DNA of 64,000 nt from Candidatus Micrarchaeota archaeon (GTDB taxonomy: Archaea > Micrarchaeota > Micrarchaeia > Micrarchaeales > CABMGC01), in assembly GCA_021848065.1 (NCBI GenBank), contig JAJZNA010000016.1:49044-113043 (forward strand), read 5' to 3'. The notes under the pieces were generated by a model, which saw only the letters and a list, made by a program, of their open reading frames with translations, was not told where the DNA came from and did no database searches. This document shows positions 38,938-45,865 of the stretch, in pieces. Position 1 is the first letter of the stretch, and each line of letters begins with the position of its first letter. Both the position numbers and the translations under genes were made by a program.

Positions 38938-39645
38938 TAATTATGTGGTAACAAGTATTATATGTGCAGTATTTGAATTGATAACCCTGTTTAAAACTAA
39001 GCCAAAGGCAGTTGTCCCTCAAACTCCTGAAAAGGCTTTGATGGGAGTGAATAGAGGTGCTGAGACTGCAGCCACAGTTGTTGCTGCGGCAGCGCTGGTA
39101 GGCACCTTGCTCTTGTCAGTGCCTGTTCATCTAAGGCTGCACCATCAAGAACTAATTCTTGCCCAAGATCAGGCACAGGCAGGTTTTCGTCCCAAGCCAA
39201 GAGACTTTTGCAGAACGTACAGATACCTCAAGAAGAACCGGAAACTGCAAAATAAATGCAACATAGGGCAGCATAAGCGTGGGCTACCTTAAAGGCCCTT
39301 CAAAGTTATTGCGTCAAAAGGTGGACCTAGATTAGAACATAAAGGCCAGCAGGTGAGGTGGCTGCCATGGCGCATAACGAAAGGCGGTATCAACATGTGA
39401 AAAGGCAGTTTGTATTCAAGAAGGCCGAAGGATACGTGCCTAGGGGCACTTTGACAGACACTGTTGCATTGCCGCAGTAGTATCCTTATGCCTGGGCCAT
39501 ATGGTGGCAAACAATGCAGCTAAGCGCAATAGCTCGATAAAAGGCATCCTGGAGAGACTGCTAATGAAAATGTCAGCCCAATAAGTGCCTCTCCGTGAAA
39601 ATTGCATTTGCTTAGTAAGCAGGCCAATATATATCTAAAACTTAT

Positions 39646-39658
39646 TTAGAAATTCGAA
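39646..39658. repeat. Palindrome copy 2: TTAGAAATTCGAA
   Basis: One mismatch in the right arm. Shares ~35 nt with copy 4 (TTAGAAATTCNAATATT..TT..GATTTC). Confidence 0.85.
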
Positions 39659-39853
39659 TATTATTTTGATTTCTCTAAATTTGCGTTTTTATGCATTATT
39701 TTGTCTGCCATATAAATTATCAGAATAAAAATAATGCGAAAAAATAGGCTTATTTACGCTCAAATTCTGTCGTCGGAAACAACTCCATTGCCTTTTCAGG
39801 GCGCCACAGCAGATCAATTTAGTGCTTTCCATAGTTATGGTGTTAATTTAATG

Positions 39854-39867
39854 ATTTCCATGGAAAT
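39854..39867. other. ORB-like perfect dyad ATTTCCATGGAAAT
   Basis: 14-bp perfect palindrome in ORF-free DNA. TTCCAT half-sites lie nearby at 39826, 40009 (inverted) and 40045. Confidence 0.5.
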
Positions 39868-40378
39868 GATATGAATATCCCAATCACGAATAAAACAACC
39901 CTTTTTGGCATGGTTTCTGGGTCTAGCCATATGCCTTAACCAAAACAGCCTTAATTCCAAAAATCTGAAATGCAACGCTTTAAGGAAAGTAAATTTCATA
40001 CCATAAGCATGGAATCTTCAGGATTCTGTTTCATTTTTAAATGAATTCCATATTTACGAAATTGCAATAGGCTATTCCGGGTTTTAGGAGAAATCTTATT
40101 CCACCGCTGGCCCCTTTCCCCAGTGCCCTTTTGTCAGGTTCTTCAACATCCCTCCTTAACGCAGTTATTGCCGTTGTAGTGTGTCCCCCATGGCTTATCA
40201 GTATTCCTTGAATGTGCTGCCTCCAGTCTCATTCGCTCAGTTATGACTTGCACATATATCTAGTTTCTTCTTTATACGCGGCGAAGCCATCTTATATCCA
40301 TTCAGGATAATGCGTTGCTTCCTAGCTGAATATACTAAGTGCAGTCACTAGTGGGCATCCTAATCCTACTAAGATTAT

Positions 40379-40392
40379 TTAAGAAATTCTAA
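40379..40392. repeat. Palindrome copy 3: TTAAGAAATTCTAA
   Basis: Core AGAAATTCTAA is intact, with one extra A in the left arm. It ends 4 nt from the stop codon of the kinase-like gene. Confidence 0.8.
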
Positions 40393-40396
40393 CTTT

Positions 40397-41017
40397 TTAA
40401 TTCCTTAGCAGATCCCCTAGCCTGCTGCGGTCTCTTCCCAGCCTTGACTGCCTTACTCCAAAATGGGCATATGTGAAATTCCACTGGCTTGGGTCTATCA
40501 GGACTACTTCATTAGACTCAGTAATCATTATATTGGACGCTTTGGCGTCCCCATGGCCAATACGGCGCCTGTGCAGCGTTTTAAATGCCGCTCCCACATT
40601 CGCGAGTACGGCATCAAGCTCGCTCCTGCTCACTAACCCTTCTACGAACTCCCGGCTAAGAGCCTCCAGAGTCTTGCCTTGCACGCGCTCCATGGCATAC
40701 CCTATCACCTTTCCATAATGAACTATTGCAGCAACTGGCTGCACTACAAATTTAGGTGCTGCCCGATACATCTTAGCCAGATGTATCAACTCATTGAAAA
40801 TACCTCTGCCATCATATCCTATCTTATGCGTTTGCCTATCTGGGGTTACATCGAGTTTTAACCTGCAAGCGCTTGCAGAGGCATTGTCCAATTTGAAGAA
40901 TATCCCTGAGTCAGCTTCAAGGCGCCTTAAATGCATTAGGTCTTCTTGACGCCTTATGTCTATTACAGGAACCCTGGCAATAAACCTGACATGTGTAGAT
41001 TCCCTTAACATGCGCAT
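40397..41017 (-). CDS. Atypical small protein kinase-like protein (Bud32/RIO/Kdo-kinase-like C-lobe)
   Basis: MERVQGKTL, LHRRRIGHGDAKASNIMI (HGD..xxN catalytic loop) and VVLIDPSQ (metal-binding Asp). The N-terminal ~90 aa has no recognisable Gly-rich loop. Confidence 0.55.
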   Translation of the reverse strand: MRMLRESTHVRFIARVPVIDIRRQEDLMHLRRLEADSGIFFKLDNASASACRLKLDVTPDRQTHKIGYDGRGIFNELIHLAKMYRAAPKFVVQPVAAIVHYGKVIGYAMERVQGKTLEALSREFVEGLVSRSELDAVLANVGAAFKTLHRRRIGHGDAKASNIMITESNEVVLIDPSQWNFTYAHFGVRQSRLGRDRSRLGDLLRN

Positions 41018-41045
41018 ACATTATCAGACATATTCGGAGTTTTCT

Positions 41046-41055
41046 GATATTAAAA
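41046..41055 (-). promoter_or_regulatory. TATA box (TTTTAATATC) of the kinase-like gene
   Basis: Minus strand reads CATTTTAATATCAGAAAA, ending 28 nt before the ATG at 41017. Confidence 0.45.
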
Positions 41056-41076
41056 TGCGCCTATTAAAGAAGATTT

Positions 41077-41089
41077 TTAGAAATTCCAA
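41077..41089. repeat. Palindrome copy 4: TTAGAAATTCCAA
   Basis: One mismatch in the right arm. Lies ~59 nt upstream of the kinase-like gene start. Confidence 0.85.
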
Positions 41090-41136
41090 TATTTTCTTAG
41101 ATTTCAGCATATCTTTAATGCTATTCTAATATTCTA

Positions 41137-41149
41137 TTAGAAATTCTGA
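41137..41149. repeat. Palindrome copy 5: TTAGAAATTCTGA
   Basis: One mismatch in the right arm. Lies 14 nt beyond the stop codon of the 41164..41853 gene. Confidence 0.85.
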
Positions 41150-41163
41150 TATAGTATGTAATA

Positions 41164-41853
41164 TTAGTCCGTATTCTTATGGCCTATGCCTGCATTTTCA
41201 AGAAGTTCCTCTCCAGAAGTCATCCTTGCGATGCGCTGGGATAGCTCTATGCCATAGGATGCTGGAAAACTGGTTCCGTATCCAAGATATCTGCATAGGG
41301 ACATCAATTCACCAATGCACTTATAAGTGCCTAAAAATTCGTCGGACTGTAGTAAGTTGACCTCCTCCGCAGAAGCAGCATTCCACATTTTCAAGGTGAG
41401 CGCATCTAGAAAATTAACTTCGGATCCCAATATGATGGATAGGGCCATTGTTACTATTCTCATCGAAGGATCGCTCATGCCCGGATGTACATCCCTCAAT
41501 ATGATCTCGAGATGGCTATAAACTGCTGCGTGCCATGTGCGCATTGAATTGAGCTTGTTTTCTGCTATTGCAACTGCAGACTCTTCTGTTGTCGGGATCC
41601 TTTCCTCTGGCCTAAATGTAGATTGTCCTAAGGAAAAAGTAGTTACCCCGTTTACCGCATCTTCTCCTGCCGACCTTCTTCTAATATTTTTCAAATGCTC
41701 TTCACGGAAGAATTCGCCAAATCTTTCTATAGCCTTAAGATGAGCCACCAAAAAGGTATCCATCGAGAGCTCCACATGACTAAAGCTCACCGCACTATAG
41801 TCTCTAAACACGGTCGAACAATCACCATAGTCTGATTTTTGGCCCACATTCAT
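41164..41853 (-). CDS. Hypothetical protein (all-helical, orphan)
   Basis: 229-aa ORF bracketed by palindrome copies 5 and 6. No motif recognised. Confidence 0.45.
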   Translation of the reverse strand: MNVGQKSDYGDCSTVFRDYSAVSFSHVELSMDTFLVAHLKAIERFGEFFREEHLKNIRRRSAGEDAVNGVTTFSLGQSTFRPEERIPTTEESAVAIAENKLNSMRTWHAAVYSHLEIILRDVHPGMSDPSMRIVTMALSIILGSEVNFLDALTLKMWNAASAEEVNLLQSDEFLGTYKCIGELMSLCRYLGYGTSFPASYGIELSQRIARMTSGEELLENAGIGHKNTD

Positions 41854-41859
41854 AAATGC

Positions 41860-41872
41860 ATTGAATTTCTGC
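41860..41872. repeat. Palindrome copy 6 (inverted, degenerate): minus strand GCAGAAATTCAAT
   Basis: The exact core AGAAATTC plus AAT is on the minus strand, 6 nt upstream of the ATG at 41853. Confidence 0.6.
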
Positions 41873-41934
41873 TGAATAACAAGGCAGTTTGTTAAACTTG
41901 CTACAGGATATGCAAATGCCTTAGTTTCCGTGGA

Positions 41935-42333
41935 TTAATCATGAAGTGCAACTCCATAGCCATTGGTATTCCTATGGCGCAGAGCTGCCTTTACGGCTTC
42001 ATCAGGCTCTTCCATGAGCATCTCCAGGAGATTGCGCAGTTTCGAATAGGATGAGTCTTCCCACAGCCTTGACTTTCTCGGATCGCCGTATTCTGCACCG
42101 TCCCTGAATATATCGACAAGATATCCTGCGGCAAGCGCACGCACTTCGTAACGCCTATGCAGTGAGAGTGCAGTGTACACGTCTATGGCAAGGGGATCGC
42201 GCGGATCTAGCTCCACCCAAGTCTCCCTGGCAAGAATTCGTATCTGCTTGTAGTCTAGCCTTTCTATCTCTTCTATACGGCTAGCCATTTGCAACCTGGA
42301 CATTGGGCCTTCTGAAAAGCATTGCCTGGCCAT
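41935..42333 (-). CDS. Hypothetical protein (possible HEAT-like repeats)
   Basis: 132-aa ORF. YEVRALAAGYLVDI and DEAVKAALRH are faintly HEAT-like. Weak evidence. Confidence 0.4.
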   Translation of the reverse strand: MARQCFSEGPMSRLQMASRIEEIERLDYKQIRILARETWVELDPRDPLAIDVYTALSLHRRYEVRALAAGYLVDIFRDGAEYGDPRKSRLWEDSSYSKLRNLLEMLMEEPDEAVKAALRHRNTNGYGVALHD

Positions 42334-42353
42334 AGTATCTGCTCGATTTGGGT

Positions 42354-42364
42354 GATATTTAAAT
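42354..42364 (-). promoter_or_regulatory. TATA box (ATTTAAATATC) of the 41935..42333 gene
   Basis: Minus strand reads CATTTAAATATCACC, ending 20 nt before the ATG. Consistent with a leaderless transcript. Confidence 0.45.
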
Positions 42365-42434
42365 GTTTAAGCAAGGAAGTCGTCCATTTATAAATAACCG
42401 TTTTGAAGCAGTTGGCTATCTGCTGCAGATAGGG

Positions 42435-42875
42435 TCATTCCTGCGGCGGCGTTTCGAATGCCAGTATGCGCTTTGATATGACAAGTATCAAGACCAGCAC
42501 GCCGAATGCCACAAGTGTATACGCAGTATATGTCTTTCCGAATATCTCGATTATTATCTCCCTCACTACGAAGGAGATCGCGGCATCTATTATGTAATCC
42601 ATGCTGTGGCTTGCGCCCTTGAGATAGTTTCCTACCCCCAAGTACACTTCTATTATCGCTATTGTCACCAAGGAGTTTAGGATGGCAGTCTCGGCAAACA
42701 TGCTGAGGTTCCCAATGTTGCCATACATGCTCACCATGGTGTAGAAGAGATATGCGATTATGCCTATTATCAGCAGTACCTCAATCACTATGGATATTCC
42801 CTTTATCAGGTATCCGTTTCGATCGTAGCTCAGGGAGCCTGCAAAGTGCCTACTGCTGCTGTTGGTTTTGGGCAT
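42435..42875 (-). CDS. PsiE-like small membrane protein
   Basis: 146-aa ORF with 4 TM segments. MDYIIDAAISFVVREIIIEIF resembles the conserved PsiE-family helix. From memory only. Confidence 0.4.
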   Translation of the reverse strand: MPKTNSSSRHFAGSLSYDRNGYLIKGISIVIEVLLIIGIIAYLFYTMVSMYGNIGNLSMFAETAILNSLVTIAIIEVYLGVGNYLKGASHSMDYIIDAAISFVVREIIIEIFGKTYTAYTLVAFGVLVLILVISKRILAFETPPQE

Positions 42876-42935
42876 GATTAGTAATTGTTATTGCAATTTA
42901 AAAGGATACTGGGTGCATGCGCTCCGAATGCATTC

Positions 42936-43424
42936 TCACTGCCTTACTTCTGGCAGAAGTACTGCTATCACGGCAGCACCTTTTGGACTCCTGTGATGGT
43001 TTATGAGGGCGTTCTGCACGGATATTACCTCAGACCCGTCCATTGATCGGATAATCTGCTTTATGGTTTCCTTGGCTACTGTCCTCGCCGACTTGCTGGA
43101 AACTTCTGCAGCAATAGACATCTTCTGGCTATTCAGTGCCTGCGCTTTATCGGAGGAATCGCTTCTCTTGGCGAGTTTCAGGAAGGGCATGTTGGAGATG
43201 GCAGAGGTTACCTTTACTACAAGCCTTCTGCTATCGTCCAGGCTGTAGTTGCGCACAAGTTCTACCAGCGCGTAGACCAATACGTCTCTTCTTGAGATCT
43301 TGACCAGCTCAAAACCGAAACGGCTCTCTGAAAATGGGCTTTGGGCATATCTAAGAAGCGCTTCGTCATGTGCATTGAGCTTGCCTGCTAATCTCATGTG
43401 GCCTATTTTCTCCTGACCATACAT
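42936..43424 (-). CDS. Hypothetical protein
   Basis: 162-aa ORF. No motif recognised. Confidence 0.4.
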   Translation of the reverse strand: MYGQEKIGHMRLAGKLNAHDEALLRYAQSPFSESRFGFELVKISRRDVLVYALVELVRNYSLDDSRRLVVKVTSAISNMPFLKLAKRSDSSDKAQALNSQKMSIAAEVSSKSARTVAKETIKQIIRSMDGSEVISVQNALINHHRSPKGAAVIAVLLPEVRQ

Positions 43425-43537
43425 AATAAGTTCCCCAGTTTATTTCTCTCTTTCATGATATTTAAGCATTATCTGCAATTATTGCGCGCGCGGCGCGTGC
43501 GCATGCACTTTATAAAGAATATTAATCAAAGTGTAAA

Positions 43538-43918
43538 TTGACAAGCATGGCCACATTCACAAAGAGGGACCTTCAAGGCATATTCCTTCTGCTCTCCATC
43601 GCTTATCTGCTGATATCCTTTGTTGCAGGCTTCGAGCCCACTTGGGTCTTCGTATTCATAATCCTTGCCATATTCTCATGGTTTGGGGTGTATTATAGGA
43701 TAGGGATACCTGCCAAGGATAGCGAGTTTGTTGTAAGGTTCTCTGTGGTTGTGGTGTTCTTGGGTCTTCTCATTGGAGACATGCTCATAATGGCAGTGGG
43801 CCTCGTCGCAGGCATGCTGCTTTTGGCAATGGACATAAGCACCATAACTGTTGATATAATGGCGCTAAAGGTCACTGCCACTCACGAGACTACAAAGAGG
43901 CATGGAAGCAGGGGCTGA
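43538..43918 (+). CDS. Hypothetical membrane protein
   Basis: 126-aa ORF with 4 hydrophobic segments. No motif recognised. Confidence 0.4.
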   Translation: MTSMATFTKRDLQGIFLLLSIAYLLISFVAGFEPTWVFVFIILAIFSWFGVYYRIGIPAKDSEFVVRFSVVVVFLGLLIGDMLIMAVGLVAGMLLLAMDISTITVDIMALKVTATHETTKRHGSRG

Positions 43919-43920
43919 TT

Positions 43921-44265
43921 TCAGCCCCATCCACGCATTCCTGCAAGGCCTTTCCTGAGGCTATACGAACGTACGCCCATCCTCTGCAAGGCACTGGCTA
44001 TCCTTAGGGAGGTATTGCCGTGAGGGCACACTATAACTGCACCTTCATATTTATCTGCCAAGCCCTTCAAATCTTCGTCGTCGCCAAGGCCCATTACAAG
44101 TGCCTTTGCCTCACCTATGTCAAGAGACTCTGCGCCATTCTTGCCATCTAGGGTCTCCTGCACAAACTCAAGGTCACCCACATTCTGTTCCAGGACAAAT
44201 ATCTTGCTCTTATCATTTGCCAGTGCTTTCGCTTGCTCTAAGTCTATTTCCAGTTCTTCAGTCAA
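43921..44265 (-). CDS. Rhodanese-domain protein
   Basis: VIVCPHGNTSLRIASAL fits the rhodanese active-site loop C-x-x-G-x-x-S/R. 114 aa is a single-domain size. Confidence 0.65.
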   Translation of the reverse strand: MTEELEIDLEQAKALANDKSKIFVLEQNVGDLEFVQETLDGKNGAESLDIGEAKALVMGLGDDEDLKGLADKYEGAVIVCPHGNTSLRIASALQRMGVRSYSLRKGLAGMRGWG

Positions 44266-44269
44266 TTTA

Positions 44270-44455
44270 TCACCTTAAGAATGCAATTCCAAGAAGCAGC
44301 ATTGCCAGCGCTATTGTGATGGCGATGACATACATATTCCTCCTTGATATCGTCTTTCTCATCGCGCCGAACCCAGGGGGTGGGTCTGCATACATTATCT
44401 TGTCCCTGCCGCCTGTGCTGTAATCGCCTTCTATCCTTCCGGGATTGTTAGGCAT
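44270..44455 (-). CDS. Possible small membrane protein co-transcribed with the rhodanese gene
   Basis: MPNNPGRIEGDYSTGGRDKIMYADPPPGFGAMRKTISRRNMYVIAITIALAMLLLGIAFLR. This is the non-overlapping 3' part of track ORF 44270..44746. Its stop lies 4 nt before the rhodanese ATG. Confidence 0.3.
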   Translation of the reverse strand: MPNNPGRIEGDYSTGGRDKIMYADPPPGFGAMRKTISRRNMYVIAITIALAMLLLGIAFLR

Positions 44456-44579
44456 ATCAATAATTAGGCTAGGCAGATATAAAACGGTTTTGATAGCGCC
44501 ATAGGCGGCCGTTAGCCCTGCCGCCCAGTCTGTCAGGGTATTCCAGACCTTTTTATAGGTTGCTTTTCTTAAAACCCAT

Positions 44580-45437
44580 ATGGGAAGACTGTCGGCTGTG
44601 ATGAGGCTTACACGCATAGAGCACAGTGTCATGTTAGTTATCGCAGTGGTTGCCGCTGAGATAATCTGTGGTGGCCTGCCCAATGCAGGGACTCTTGCCT
44701 TAAGCTTGATAACACCTATATTCATAAGCATGGGCGCTTTTGCCATAAACGATTATTTCGACAGGGAAGTAGACCGGGTCAATAAGAAGATGCGCCCTCT
44801 TGTCACAGGGGAGATCTCACCCCGCGCCGCACTTTACATAACTTTTGTCAGTATGGCAGTGGGGATTGCCGCAAGCGTGGCGATAAACATATACTGCACG
44901 GCAATAGCAGTCGCATTTGCAGTACTGGCCCTGCTTTACAGCTACAGGCTAAAGGAGTATCCGCTTGTAGGCAACATTTACATAGGCCTATCCATGGCCA
45001 TACCCTTTGCTTTCGGCAACTACGTGGTTTCAGTGCATGCAAACGCCGCGGTGATGGCCGTGGCAGTTATGATACTTATAGCAGGCACTGCAAGGGAAAT
45101 AGACGCGGCAGTCAGGGATTATAAGGGGGATCTCAAGATCAGGAATGCGAGAACGCTACCCATAGCCATAGGCACTAAAGCGGCATCAGCAATTGCATTT
45201 GCCATGTACCTCGCCGCGATAAGCATCAGCATTTATCTTTTTATGGAGCTGGACCCGTTCAGGCACAATCTGGTATACCTGCCACTGATAGCAGTGGTAG
45301 ATGCCATGCTTGTCTATTCAGGAATCATATTCTTGATGGGCAAGGAAGAGCTTTATGATAGGGTAAGGAATATGTCGCTAGGTGGCATGGCCCTGGCACT
45401 TGTGACGATACTCATAGCGTCTCTCGTGCATATTTGA
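44580..45437 (+). CDS. UbiA-family prenyltransferase, digeranylgeranylglyceryl phosphate synthase-like
   Basis: 285-aa polytopic ORF. AFAINDYFDREVDRVNKKMRPLVTGEIS is the first Asp-rich motif in the DGGGPS-like form. AREIDAAVRDYKGD is the second motif. Confidence 0.75.
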   Translation: MGRLSAVMRLTRIEHSVMLVIAVVAAEIICGGLPNAGTLALSLITPIFISMGAFAINDYFDREVDRVNKKMRPLVTGEISPRAALYITFVSMAVGIAASVAINIYCTAIAVAFAVLALLYSYRLKEYPLVGNIYIGLSMAIPFAFGNYVVSVHANAAVMAVAVMILIAGTAREIDAAVRDYKGDLKIRNARTLPIAIGTKAASAIAFAMYLAAISISIYLFMELDPFRHNLVYLPLIAVVDAMLVYSGIIFLMGKEELYDRVRNMSLGGMALALVTILIASLVHI

Positions 45438-45864
45438 ATTCCTTCCTCAAGCGCCCGACCTCCCGGTCAACATCCTCGAGCGAGAATGAGCTTGCGTTAA
45501 GCTTTATGTCTTCGTATATGTTCTTATCCTCCCGCTGGTAGACGTCATCTTTCCTGCGCGGTATTATGTGCGCGTGGAGATGCGGCACGGACCTTCCTGA
45601 ATATGGGCCTACCTGCAGTGTTAGGTCATAGGAATTCTCGGACGCCTTGTACATCTCTAATACTTTCGGCACTACGATATCGAACACTTTGCGCATGTCG
45701 TCCTTTTCAGAATTGTCAAGCTCCAGCAGGTCTAGGACATGCCTCTTTGGCACTATGAGCACGTGGCCAAGGACCACCGGCTTTATGTCATGGAGGGCCA
45801 TGAACTTTTCGGATTCGTAGAATATGGTCCTGCCAAATCCCTCCTTGCTGCAGAATGGATCCAT
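45412..45864 (-). CDS. HIT-family nucleotide hydrolase/transferase
   Basis: GHVLIVPKRHV and VPHLHAHIIPR, the histidine triad HxHxHxx. Confidence 0.85.
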   Translation of the reverse strand: MDPFCSKEGFGRTIFYESEKFMALHDIKPVVLGHVLIVPKRHVLDLLELDNSEKDDMRKVFDIVVPKVLEMYKASENSYDLTLQVGPYSGRSVPHLHAHIIPRRKDDVYQREDKNIYEDIKLNASSFSLEDVDREVGRLRKEFKYARETL

Positions 45865-45865
45865 T

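Noticed and set aside
38945-39510. Track ORFs 38945..39292 (+), 38997..39200 (-) and 39289..39510 (-) inside the AT-rich gap.
   Set aside because: They mutually overlap, have non-ATG or weak starts and odd compositions, and no motif is recognisable. They are treated as non-coding or decayed rather than called as CDS.
39920-39933. The 14-nt exact match GGTCTAGCCATATG is shared with 16596-16609, just downstream of tRNA-Gln. Both copies are in non-coding DNA with loosely similar flanks.
   Set aside because: Roughly ten or more 14-nt matches are expected by chance among all position pairs on both strands of a 64-kb window. The flanking similarity is weak. Not enough to claim att sites or a shared element.
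38925-41872. Whether the repeated palindrome could be a CRISPR array or a MITE family.
   Set aside because: The repeats are only 13 nt, ~700 bp apart, and some units contain whole genes, so this is not CRISPR-like. No longer conserved element body surrounds the copies, apart from ~35 nt shared by copies 2 and 4, so they are not typical MITEs.
44270-44746. 158-aa minus-strand ORF overlapping the start of the UbiA prenyltransferase gene.
   Set aside because: The 5' ~290 nt overlaps the UbiA gene, whose NDYFDREVD motif makes it the real gene. Only the non-overlapping 3' 186 nt was kept, as a low-confidence small ORF.
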